Shown here: positions 50,529 to 63,270 of the stretch, piece after piece
Numbering within the stretch: position 1 is the stretch's first letter
Layout: each line of letters begins with the position of its first letter
Source: Octopus sinensis
Lineage: Eukaryota
Length of the DNA: 64,000 bases
NCBI RefSeq assembly: GCF_006345805.1
Contig: NC_043003.1
Coordinates: 62,434,001-62,498,000 of the forward strand
Direction: 5' to 3'
The notes under the pieces: generated by a model
The model's database searches: none
Told to the model about the DNA's origin: nothing
What the model saw: only the letters and a program-made list of their open reading frames with translations
Translations under genes and position numbers: made by a program

Positions 50529-52874
50529 GATAGATAGCCAGGTGGGCAAGCATGCAGACAGGCAGAGTAATGAATGATACTGTAGCTAAAATAAATAAAT
50601 GAATAAATAAATATATAGAAATAAAATAAAACAAAAATACAGGAAATCATTGAACAGTTTGCTGCATTAACCTATTAGAGGTCTCATTATCTGCTGTCAC
50701 AGTTCAAGTATTATTCTAAATAGTTTGTATGGTCCTCAAAAGAAAACCATATAATTCAAAACTATAATGATTTATTGTCCACTTGTTCAAATTTGTATAA
50801 CAACTTTTTTATTTCAATTACTTTAGTGAAAATGATAATTTGATTCATTGATGCCAAGCATCATTAAGGTAGTCTAAGATACTGCATTCAGTAATTACTG
50901 CAGAGTTCAGTAAAATATTGATCAAATGGATGAACTTCATGAAGGAATACGTGTTTTCAATGGTTGGGTTACTTATAATTTGTTAAATAATTATGTTGTT
51001 GTTGTTGTTGTTATTTAACACCAGGTCATCTCTAATCAAACAAATCTTGGATCAAAGAATATCGAACACAGACAATACGTCTTTTCAATGTTTTCTTCTC
51101 TTTTCAGAAATTAAAATGGAATTTGAGGATGACTTGGTTGTTACATTTATTAGATCTTATGACCATGTTAAAGCTTTCATTTTTGCTTTAAATGACTGCA
51201 TAGAGGATCCTGAAGTGGCTAATTATGTCTAGTTATATTGTGTTGGGTATTTCTTCATATCCTGATATTCTGTAGTTGAAATGTCTGCAGTGTCGAAATA
51301 CATTTGTTTCTATGTCTAAAATTCTTAGCATAATTTCTCAAAATGTGACTGTAGCTAAGTCTCATATTATAGTTCTATTATTTCCTCTTTGACTGTCCAT
51401 ATTTTGAATGTTTAATTCATCTGGTAAGTTCCAATGCTTCATGAAAAAAAAAAAGATTTCTCATCGACTTTTGACAGCTGTTTGGTGCCAGTACAAATTT
51501 AAAATTCCAATAATCTAAATTCTATTGTAACAATAGAATTTCTGCTTTGATAGATCTTCTTTTAGTATGTTAATTCCAAAATTGGAGAATTTAATATTTA
51601 AATTATGATGAAATAACATCCTAAAAGTTCACACATCATTTGCATTGGCAACCAGTTAAAAGTTTATGATAAGAAAGTTTAATATATACATCTGAATTAA
51701 TGTTCCCCAAACAAGTACACATGCAGAACTTTCCATTTATTTTACTTTATGACTGTCACTAAAGTAATGCTATGAAGCATTAGAAACAATTTATTAAAAC
51801 AATGCAGTTTAACTTTTTAAAGTCAAGTTCAGTAGATTGGAGACTAAATTGTTGGTTATTAAACTTACAAACTACCACAACCACCACAAAAACAAAAAAT
51901 TTTACAAATTTTTACTTTTGTTCTTATTTAATGATAATCAAGGTTATAATTTACATATATCTTTTTTTTCGCTAATGAGTTGGACAAGTTTTAAAAGTTT
52001 AAAAATCATTTCCATCTGATTAAACATGGAAATTTGTCCAGTAACTTTTACTCCACTCCTACATCAGAAACACTGTACTGAACAATCAGTCTATCAAATA
52101 TGCTTAAAAAAACATTCTGATGTTTGTCATACTGCTTTCATTGCCTTCAGATTAAGTTGCAATTCTTCCAGCAATTTATATATTTATATTCAAATTCCAA
52201 GGATTTCATCAGACTTACATATTCAAATATGTAAGGCAGATAAATATGTATTGTTTTGTATTTCAACATTAATCATGATTTAAACTGTATGACTGTATGG
52301 ATATAATAAAAGTCACAAAATATACTAAAATTTCTAATACATTAGAAGTAAATTCTTCCTAAAATAGAAATTGGAAACTTAATCTGTTTTTTGATATCAA
52401 GAAAATAATTCTATAAATATATTTTGTGATTATATTCCAAAACTTACAAAATATGACATAAATATAACTCTGATAAATATGCAAGCATTTAAAGAAACTT
52501 TTACATTGCTGACTTGTAACATGCAAATATCAATTTAGGCAATTTTGAACAATCTCAATTATTTGAAATATGGTAAGAATATTTAAAATGGAAGATTTTC
52601 AACTTAAATCTTCTGCTTGTTTCACTATATCTTGATTCATAATTTGCTTTTGTTGCATTAGACACTCAAATTTAATCATACATTAAGTGCAGATCCATGG
52701 AAAGAAAAACAATTAGCAAAATATGACAGAAAAAAAAAGACAGCACCCAGAATCCTTTTCAGAGCTTCTATAACTAATGGATATCTCGTGAACTCTGCAT
52801 ATCTAGCAAACATTTGAAGGTTTGGTGATGGTATTAAGAATTTTAACGGATCAAGTCTACTACCCTTACTTTAA

Positions 52875-53096
52875 CTCATTAGCATTCAGATTATTCTGTT
52901 AAATATAACGTTTATTTACTCACATTGTTTTTAATTAATCATGGATTATCTTGTAGTTTAGAGATTTTGATGATGTACTTGTTTAGTTTTAGAATGGTAT
53001 TGTAAGGCTGGTGTGCGAAGCTAGATCTCGCCAGTTTTAACATTTTAAACAAGCTAAACAGTTTGGCCTGATAAGGCTGGTTTGAATGCTGAAGGG
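52875..53096. mobile_element. piggyBac-type MITE, family 1
   Basis: TTAA at 52871-52874 and 53097-53100; ends gaatgctgaaggg; colinear with 20928-21148. Confidence 0.8.
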
Positions 53097-54235
53097 TTAA
53101 ACAAATAAAAATTTTTAAATGGTTAAAAGACAAATCATGTTTGAAAACTAATGCGACAATTTGATCAAAGACTAAGTACTAAATGGTTGCAAAAGAGTAA
53201 AAATTAATGCTTTTAATATTTAAGGGATATGTTATATGATGCCATTGTGAAGAAATAAGTGATGTAACTTTTTGAAACAGAATCAATAAATTCTTCTGTT
53301 GATCTGCAGCTTTCTTTACGCTAACATAGTTAATGCATACAATTCAAGTGAGCAAAATAGAATTGATTGCTTCTGTCAGATGAAAAAAAAATTAGCAACA
53401 CTACTATCAAATCTATAAATATTGTTTTTCCTAAAGAAATTCTTAGATATTTATTCACTGAAAATCTTGGCAATATTAAAAAACAAAATCTCTAAACACA
53501 GGATCTGAAGTTGTATTATCTTTAAAAATGTCTTTTTCTTTACAAAATAAGAGTGAGTTTCCTATGAGCTAGTAGTCCTCATGATACTTCTGTAATATTC
53601 AATTGGTTTATAGGTTCCAAAAAAAGAAAAACAGAAAATATCAATAGATTAAATCTATAAAATCTGAAGTTATCAGCTACAACAAATCACGACTTGTATG
53701 TTCAGTAAGAAAACAATAATAACAACCACAAAAAGAAAAAAAACAATATTAGTAATGAAGCGGAAGACTGCTTCCAAATGGCAGCTTCCTACTTTTGTAA
53801 GATAGGTATCAAACACACAATCAGGGACCAGAACTGACTGAAGGTCAGTATAATTTCAAATCTCTGTAATGAGAGACAAGTATTGTCCATTGCTGCTAAC
53901 TACAACTTTTTCAATTATTTGCCTAGGAACTGAACTGTTTCTTATACCAACTTTGGCCTTCCTATCACCTCAGGATATAGTCATTGACAAGCAATCAGCA
54001 AGCCTAGCTTAATTGATATAGTACATGTGAGAAAGTTAATTACAATAAGACCTAAAAGCCATTTCAGTGTCTAAAGATAAATTTAAAATGCTTCAACTAA
54101 TTTAGGCATCTCAAATGTTAAGTAATCTGCAATATAAGAGGTCATCTGTTTCATTTGGTCTTCTGAATATTTTGCTTCAGTTTTACTGAATCTGATACAT
54201 GTTTGCAGAATACGTTAGGTATAAATAGCTTTGCT

Positions 54236-54420
54236 GCTTTTCTTCTTCTTCTTCTCTTCTTCTTCTTCTCTTCTTCTTCTTCTTCTCTTCTTCTTCTTCT
54301 TCTTCTCTTCTTTCTTCTTCTTCTTCTTCTTCTTCTTCTTCTTCTTCTTCTTTTTTTCTTATTCTTCTTCTTCTTCCTCCTCCTCCTCTTCCTCCTCATC
54401 CCCCACCTCTCCTCCTTTTT
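54236..54420. repeat. (CTT)n/(CCT)n polypyrimidine-polypurine tract
   Basis: Read directly from the sequence. Confidence 0.95.
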
Positions 54421-54814
54421 CCTTTGCCTATTTCTTTTCAAATTTTACCTAAGGAGGTGGCGTGGCTTTATGCAAGGTGCTGAGATGCTGATTTATAATA
54501 GAAGGGGCAGAAGTTGTTGTTAAGGAGTTACATAGCTACCTCACATTATAGGAGTTACATGGCTACCTCATATTATAGGCATAGGTGGAGATGGAAATAT
54601 ATTTGTGACAAGGTGTCAGAGTGTATCCCCAAAAGACACAAGAAAATGAATGGAAAAGAGCATAAAAACAAATCAAGATGAATGGGTGGGTAAATGTTGC
54701 AGGAATGTGGGTCAAGATTGACAGATGGTTAAAGATTCATAATATCATCCCCTCCCCAATTATATTTACCACTGGCCAACAACAGCCTTCAATTTTGTTC
54801 ACCATTCACTATTA

Positions 54815-55525
54815 TGGCTTTTGGCAGGGAGCTAGCAGAATCAATAGGGCTCTGGAAAAAAGTGCTTGTAGTATTTGTTTGGTCTTTTTACATTCTGAGT
54901 TCAAATCCCACGTTGATGCACTTAGCCTTTTATCATTCTGGGACCTATAAAATAAACTATCAGTCAAACACTAAGGCTGATAGAATCAATTAATGCTCCC
55001 GACACCCTCAAAATTGCTGGCCGTGTACCTCAATAAGAAGCCATTATTGAAAGTGATGAGTCAGCAGAAGAGTTAAAGGCTTGGAAAAAATGCTTTGCTG
55101 TTTTTGTTGTGGCTCTTTCCATTCTGAGTTCAAATCCTGCCGAGGACAATTTCAAGGTTGGTAAAATAGAGTATCAGCTAAGCACTGGTTTGAATGGTAC
55201 TGATTAATAACGTCCACTCAAAATTGCTGGCTTTGTACCAAATTAAAAGCCATTATTATTGTTGTTGCTGTTGCTGTTGTTGTTGTTATTGTTGTTGTTG
55301 TCATTGTTGTTAAGGTGACGAGCTGGCAGAATCGTTAGCATGCTGGGCAAAATGCTTAGCGGCATTTCGTCCGTCTTTAGGTTCTCAGTTCAAATTCTGC
55401 TGAGGCTGACTTTGCCTTTCATCCTTTCAGGGTTAATAAAATGAGTAGCAGTTGAGCACTGGGGTCGATGTAATCGACTTACCTCCTCCCCAAAAATTGC
55501 TGTCTTTGTGCCAGTATTTGAAATC
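54815..55525 (+). mobile_element. Three tandem family A SINEs (diverged from each other)
   Basis: Copies at about 54815-55045, 55050-55255 and 55312-55525. Confidence 0.8.
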
Positions 55526-56089
55526 ATTATTAGCAAAGGTGGGGGTATTGTTTTCAATTATGTTTGTTTGTTTGTCTGTCCATGGACAAGATACCTCAAG
55601 AACCATTGGATGAATCTGGATGAAACTTTCAGGGATGTTTGGCCTCATGACTGGCACAAACTGATTAGATTTTGGGATCGATCTAATACAGGACAAGCAT
55701 TCTGGATTATTTGTTATATTTACTTTACATTATGATTTTACGTTGACTTTCAAGTCTTTCTCTGATTATCTCCCTTGAAAGCATGCTCATGGTTTCCACG
55801 TAAGTTATGGTGGCATTGCTGTTTCCAAAGTTTTATTTTTGTTTCTCTATTATTAATTATTATTTGCGTCTCTATCTTAGTAGAAACTGATAGATAATAA
55901 AATCAAACTACATAAAGAAACAGCAGCAAAACTGTTCAGAAATTAAATAGCACTAACATATTCAGTAACAATAATAAATTTAATTTCTCCTTGACAATTT
56001 TTAGTTTTACCAATTTTGAATATATCGCTCCTGTTTAAAACTCTTACCTACTTGACAATTGCCTTTCTAGCTCTGCCTTGAAGGAAGCT

Positions 56090-56270
56090 TTACTTCTTGG
56101 ACTCACATTTTTGTGCACAACGATGTTGTTAAACCTCCGTTAACAGCACCATATGCAGGTCCTTTTCATTTCCCTTCACACTTGGCTAAATTTTTCACTC
56201 TAGACTTTAATGGTCATAAAGACACTATATCAGTGGATAGAATAAAAAAGGCCTTCATAGAGAAAACTGT
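56090..56270 (+). pseudogene. Ty3/Gypsy integrase C-terminal fragment
   Basis: THIFVHNDVVKPPLTAPYAGPF...KFFTLDFNGHKDTISVDRIKKAF matches the Gypsy L.PPY.GPY...F.L...G..DTVSIDRLKPA motif. Confidence 0.8.
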
Positions 56271-56404
56271 CCCTGTTCCTACTGCAGACAACACACACAC
56301 AGCATTACAAACACAGCCCGCACACCCACCTTCACATTCCATGACTACCATTGGGATCGATCAGGTACAGGACAAGGATTCTGGATTATTTTTCCTGTTT
56401 TTTA

Positions 56405-57022
56405 ACTTAATTTTTGAGAGTGGTCAGGTTCAATTTAAGTATTCTCATTTGTGAGAGCAGTCGAGTTTATTTCAGATATTCTCATTTTAAAAATCATTTC
56501 AGGTTAATCATTGAGAGGACGTTGGTGTTGCCTGATGGAGGTTTGTACTCTCTGAGTGCTCTTGTTATTATTATTAATGTTGTTGTTGCTGTTCAGGTGG
56601 TGAACTGGAAGAATCATTAGCACACCAGTTAAAATGCTTAGCAGCATTTCATCTATCTCTATGTTCTGAGTTCAAATTCTGCCTCAGTAGATTTTGCCTA
56701 TCATTCTTTCAGGATCAAGGAAATCCGTACCAGTTGACCACTTGAGTACTGGCACCAATGTAATTGATTTGCACCCCTCATAAAACATTTCAGGCCTTGT
56801 AGAAAGTATTATTGTTGTTGTGGTGGTGGTGGCAGTGATGTTTTGATCAAATGGACATGTTCCCTTCACTGACTTCAATATTTTAGGATTACCAGATTTT
56901 ATTGCCTGTAAAACAAAAAATTTAGTCTCAGAGGTACTATGGGTTATGGTCTAATGAATGGTCAGAATACAAGCCTCATCCTCAGTCCCAGAACCTAATA
57001 AATAATAGGCTGACAACAAAGA
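56405..57022 (+). repeat. About 620-bp local segmental duplication, copy B
   Basis: See 43762-44382; the ORFs at 44044-44238 and 56684-56878 translate identically. Confidence 0.95.
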
Positions 57023-57063
57023 AGCAGTTTTAGAAAACAAAATGTGAAAATATTTTAAGAAAT

Positions 57064-57430
57064 ATGGGGTGGTATCAAAAGGTTCCCAGACTAGTCAGGT
57101 TTAATAAAAAAAAAACAAACAAACCTATTTACTTAAGTTTTAAAATCATCTCCTTCAAAATAATCACCTTGTTTTGCAATACACTGGTCCCAGTGTTCCT
57201 GCTACTTTTGGAATCTGGCCAGGAAGTCATTTTCTGTAAGCACGTCAAGGACCTTCAGTGATTCACTCTGGGTCTTAACAACGGTTATAAAACAGTGATC
57301 TTTGAGCTGCATTTTCATCTTGGAGAAGAGATGGAAGCCCACAGGTGCTAAATCTGGCATATAAGGCAGGTGATACTGTGTTGTTTTTGGCAAGAAACTC
57401 ATAACTGAAGAGAGCTCAATGAAGAATACA
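57064..57430 (-). mobile_element. Mariner 3' end (transposase C-terminus plus TIR)
   Basis: HLPYMPDLAPVGFHLFSKMKMQLK...ENDFLARFQK*QEHWDQCIAKQGDYFEG, and a TIR-like ggggtggtatcaaaaggttcccagact. Confidence 0.8.
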
Positions 57431-58635
57431 GAGTAAAATATCATTGATGAAATTCCTTTACTATATTTGTGACTACAAAGTCATGCTCAGTTTGAATGAC
57501 AGCTAAGAAATATTAAATATTCCAGTTGTCATGCTGTTTTTACTGCATAGCCATTTGAAGTTCCCTCTCTTTCAGATTTATGCAATTTTGGTTTTTTTTA
57601 ATATTTAATAAGCACGTATATGCTTTGTGTTATTTTATTAAATGTTTAGTGTGTGTGTATGTATGTGTGTGTGCATGTTTGTGCATGCACGATTTTGGGA
57701 TTTGTGTTTACATATTTATCTGTATCTATTTTATCATTATCTCTACACTTATAATGAGTTTTTAACCTTACAATCTCTCTGCAATATTCCTATTTGCAAA
57801 TCCTTCTGCTTGAATATTTGCATTCTTTTTTCAATTCTAAAGTTGTCTTCTGTGAATGACATAAAAAACCCCAGAATTTGTTTAATGGCCTCAGGGAACA
57901 GTATCTATCAATTTGCCTTTTGTTTCACTGTCAATGAGAACTGTCATAACTCAGAGATGGTTGCATTGTTATTGTTGAAACCCTTTGTTTTTGTTTGGTT
58001 ACATTGACTGTTTTTCTTTTTGGGATTCTATAATATTGCAGTTTCAAATGTAAGAATGAGGAGACTACCTTAAGATTTCAAACTTAAATTAGGTGTTTGC
58101 TCTGAAATAAGGCTCCTAGATTTGTTGATTGAGTGACTCTGTTGGAGCCTGTTTTTCTTTAGCTTCCATATGAGATCTATTACACTTCTCTAAAAGAAAA
58201 TTTGAAATACATGTTAAAAAAGCAAAATGATCCTATTCCAATTGTCTTATAAAAACATCCTTTTAGCACACTCTTTCAAAATAGAAATGAATCACAATGA
58301 AAATACCCGAATTCTTTCTGAATGCTTGGCCTCATAGTATCTGATGATCTCTCATAGAAACCTTACATATATGACATTGCCAGAAATTTACCCTCGTGGC
58401 TAGGCTTCTTTTCTAAGACTGGAATAATTTGTGCTATGTGCACAAATATATGCATGTAAACACACACATTATAAGCAAGTGATTTCCAACCAAGGTCCAT
58501 ATGATCCCAGGAGTGCCATATAGTATTTTCAAGGGTCCAAACATATAAAATAGTAAAATAGGGACCCTCAGTAATATTTTAAGAGTCTATGAAAATATGT
58601 GGCTTTAGATTTATTTATTGCAAGATGTTTTACAA

Positions 58636-58980
58636 TGGAGTAAAGATTTTTGCCAACATAACATGGCAGTCCTGGTTTAGGACAAATGTTGCTGTAATTT
58701 AGCCCCAGGAGACATTGTCTCCAACTGATTATACAATACGATCTGTGTCCTTATATTTTCGAACAGGGAATCTAGCACCTCCACTCAGCTCAAAGCAATA
58801 TCTGTGTATCGCAATTTCTGTGTTATTTCTCTTCATCAGTACAGAATAATTGTTCGAAAATATAAGGGCCCAGATCGTATCATATAGCCAGCAGGAGACG
58901 ATGTCTCGGGGGGTTAAATTACAGCAACATTCGTCCTAAACCACGACTGCCATGTTATGTTGGCAAAAATCTTTACTCCA
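58636..58980. mobile_element. Palindrome with 130-bp arms (58636-58765 and 58851-58980) and an 85-bp loop containing a hammerhead
   Basis: The outer 36 bp are perfectly complementary (tggagtaaagatttttgccaacataacatggcagtc). I count about 14 mismatches over 130 bp by eye. Confidence 0.8.
58801..58845 (-). ncRNA. Degenerate minimal type I hammerhead ribozyme in a palindrome loop
   Basis: The minus strand reads UCUGUA-CUGAUGA-AGAGAAAUAACACA-GAAA-UUGCGAU-A-CACAGA. Both core boxes are intact. Stem II needs two changes (CACA to CUCU). Stem III is a near-palindrome (AUUGCGAU). Stem I has a mismatch at its first pair. Confidence 0.55.
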
Positions 58981-61900
58981 AAGTGCTGTTGCTGGATATC
59001 TCTCATTGTGAGATTTTAAAAAATAGTAATTTTCTAATGTTTTACATTGTTTAGCATGTTTCCAGCCACTGAAACATGTTCTCTCAGAGAGTATTATTGC
59101 ATATCTACTTAAGTGAATGGGAGAAAAGCAAATGAAGAATTTTGAAAGAAGTATCTATAAAACTAGTATTTAAACAAAGAATGGCTATGGGAGAATAAAA
59201 TAGAAATTAAAAGAGTTCATATGTAAAAAAAATTGAGAATCACAATGGTCATTTATGTTGAGACTTAAGAGTGGTTGAGTCTCTTGATTAAAAGAACCCT
59301 GTGCTAGTAGTATCCTCTGATATAATTCAGCCTAAAGCATCATTATATGTTAGGGTGTTTTGTTGTTGTTGCTATTGCTACTGTTTAACCCTAGTCCAGT
59401 TCCATACTTGTGTGTATGCATGAAGTAGTTATTTTTTAAACCACTTCAGCTGAAACTTTAAAAAATGGTTTAAAAGTTTAGCAGAATAATAAAAAATAAA
59501 CCCTTATTTGAAAAACAGTAAGGGCTGGTAACAAGACATGCAAATGTCTGTGAAATACTGTCTCATAAATAACCATCTAACTCATGCCAACATAGAAAAA
59601 CAGATATAAAATGAATGAAGCAAAAACTGGTTCTGTACAGAACCATAGAAAATTTAGTTTTAAACCTATTCTAAAAAAAGATGTTGTGTACAATATGTAG
59701 GTTTTGTAACCCAAAAGTATGTCCATGCTCTCTCTTTTTCTTTCTCTCTCTCTCTCGTTTGCTCTTCCATCTTTCTCTTTCACCCTCCCTATTGCTTTCT
59801 ACTCTTTTATTAATCCTACACTTAAATCACAGTTATATCCTATTCTTTTTTACTTTTTCTTGATTCTTTTCTAAAACTCATTAATAATTTGATTTCATAC
59901 TTTTGCATCTAAATTAAATTTTACATATGGTCCAGAGGTAATTTTATTTTATTATGTATTTTTGACATTTCATTATTTGAAAAAAAAGTGTAATGTTAAA
60001 CAATTAACCGTTAATATCTAATAAATATTTATTACCAATTTTGAGTTAAGCATTATTTTATATCACGTCAGTCTTCTATTATTTCATTGTAATATATCTT
60101 TGATTAATAGCCATAGACGTTGAACTCTTTCATCTTTCTCATAAAGAATATGGATATGTTCTATTTGCACAAAGTTTTATGGTAATTTCCATATAACTCC
60201 TCTAACTCAGGCCAACATGGAAAAGTATTTTAAAACAATGTTCTCAATGACAAAGACGACAATAAAAGTCTTATACTAAAATGTGTCACTTAAAAGCCAT
60301 CTATTATTCCTAAATCATAATTATAAATGTCCTTTAAATTTTCTTATTTTCTGCACAAGCAATGAAAGAACCTCCATGTGGTTTCTGGCTTGATATAAAT
60401 AGCAGTCAACCATCCTATTGTCTTAAGAAAAGGACACATTGTATAATGTAATTTGGAGTGCACTATGCCTGAAAAATATGTGGGATGGTCATGGCTGGAA
60501 TACATTTCATTATAGCTTTCTTCAATCAGCAATGACCTGGGACTAAACAACAGCAACAACTTTTCCAGCACCCTCTTCCAGAATTTTGATAAAATTCTTC
60601 ATGCAGTTTTCCAAATAATAGAAGTTTTCATTTTGTAAATTCATGTGTTAAATTAAAGTTAGTTCAATTTTCTCAATATTTAATAATTCCTACAAAATTG
60701 ACTTGGGTTCTTATCTTATTTTTTAAAAATCTGACCCAGTTATTCATTCAGCAATGTCTTATTTTTATATGTTTTTAAATAACCATTAAATCTAGCAATG
60801 TTTTATTTTAATTTCTAATCATGCCTGCCATAAGAGTACATAATTTTTTTTTTCCGAATCTTAGGCGGAGAGAACTACATATAATCTTCAAGATATGAAA
60901 AATAGTGTCTATACCAGAAAAAAAACATCTAAATATTACAAACGAATATTAGCATCATTCATTATCATTTGGCACTATGTTATTTGACATGTAGGGTATT
61001 TTTTCACTTGAATAATAGATTTATGGTTCTCTTCCATTAAATATCTAATTTTTCATTGATCTGTATGGCTGGTCTCAAACAAAATCAGCCTGTCAGAAGT
61101 TTTCTTCTCAGAAAACTTACAATCAAACAGATACCTTCAATAACAATATAGTAACTTGCAATGCAATTACTGTGAGTAATATTCTATTTTGCTAGTGTAA
61201 AGGACAACACTGTGAAATTAGTGAAGTTATTTTACATTGTAATGCATTGTTGAGTTTAACGCCTTTGCAGGATAAAATGCCCGTAGTTAACCAGCAATAA
61301 TGAGAAGAGGTTATCTCTCACCTACTTTATAATTGAGAAAATGGAGATGACCACTAGTCCTAAGGTTCCTGTACTTTGGGAAAAGGGTTAGCTTAGCCAT
61401 ATATAATAATGGTTTCAAATTTTGGCACAAAGTCAGCAACTTTGTGGGAAGGGGTAAGTTGATTACATCGACCCCAGTGCTCAACTGGTACTTATTTTAT
61501 CAAATCTGAAAAGATGAAAGATAAAGTCAACCTCAGCAGAATCTGAATTCAGAATGTAAAGATGGTTGAAGTACCATGAAGCATTTTGCCTGGCATGTCA
61601 TTGATTCTGCCAGCTTGCTGCCCTAGTTGTACCTAACAATATATTATATATAGTATTTTATAATAATGTCTAACCTTACAAATGTTAATTTCCAAAATAT
61701 AAAAACATATAAAGAAACTGATTAAATAAATATCTCAACAAGTAACAGATATACTTCAAAATGCATTCATAAATGGAACTTTTTCAGTGGCTGACATTAT
61801 TTACTTCTTAGTTATATTTTCTTAGCCCTTTGTTTTATGTCTGCTTTTCCATGTTGGTAAGGGCTGGATGAGATTTCTTGAGGCACTATTTTACTACCAG

Positions 61901-63235
61901 ATACCAACCCTTTCAAGTAAAATGTTTTATCCCTCTAGTCTTTGCATGTTACACTGCTGCAGTATGTAAACTTTACTTCTACCCTTATGATGTCATTGCA
62001 AAAGTATGCCGAGGCAAACACACACAAGCATGTGCACATGCACACACACACACACACATACACTCACACATACATACGTACAAACAAATACACACACAAA
62101 TACACACATGATGGGGTTCCATACATTGTCAAATCTGCTCTTAAACACATTTACTAATTTATTTTAGTTGAAAAAATGTAATGGCTTATTTTAATGGCTT
62201 AAATATAATGTTAAAAAGTTTTCAGTTTAAGTTGTTCTTTGTATAGAGAAAAAAGTAAAATAAAGGAATAAAATTCTATGAAGAATATAAGCTAAGAACA
62301 AACCACAGATTAAAAAGAAAAGGTTCTTATCAAATTTGGTTTGCAGAATACTATTTAACTTACTAATGAATGCAAGCTGTTATATATAAGAATTTATCTT
62401 GCATGAAGAACATCATCTTCTATACAAATGTATTTCTTCTGTGCTTCAATAAAGAATTGTTGTGTAAGAAACCATTACTAACATTTCTGTTTGCATTCAT
62501 TTCTCTTCATCACCATATATTAAAACTCTGAAAATCTTGTCATTTGTATTATGATTGATTAAATGAATATAGGCAAGTAAAATATTATTTTAGCACAAGG
62601 TATAACCTCAAGTTCATATAGCTTTCATCAGTTTTAACAAATCATTTAAATAATGTTTATAGTTCATGTCATTTAAGAAGGTTCTATATCTTTTGTTCAT
62701 TGGCATTTTCTTTAAATTTCTATTTTTTCTTTTTTTTCCCCATTTTTAAAATGACTTAAAGTAAAACTACAATAACTCCCAGTGTGCCATAATTTTTTTA
62801 AAAAGCAAAAACAAAATTAGAATTAACTGTTACTTGGAAAGCAACAAACTCAATTGCAATATGAAAGTTGGTGAAATATTTTTAATGCTTCAAGGCTTGA
62901 AGTATTGTAGATTTTTATTTTACAAGTGCAATATTCAGTTTTTATTGTTCTTCCTTCAGATAACCAACAAAAATATTTCCCATAATTAACTTAGAAAATA
63001 TGTATATTGTACTTTTAACCCTAAAGCATCAGTTTCTTCTCATCCTTTTAACTATTATTATTCTAAAACACTTCAGTTTTAAGTCAAATTGCATCACAAA
63101 AATAGAAGTAATGACCGATGCAGAAATCAATAAATTCTTAACTAAATAATGTCTATAATTTCTCTGCCTATAAATAAAAAGATTTTTTGTAACAGTAGTT
63201 CATAAAATTGCTATCCACAATACCTTATATCAATT

Positions 63236-63270
<35 letters not shown>

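Noticed and set aside
54151-54523. Arg/Lys-rich and Leu/Phe-rich ORFs
   Set aside because: Translations of the (CTT)n tract.
58340-58370. CTGATGA...GAAA on the + strand
   Set aside because: No stem II or stem III pairing.
60344-60571. Protein-like 75-aa minus-strand ORF
   Set aside because: No recognisable motif and no convincing splice signals; it may be a very old TE.
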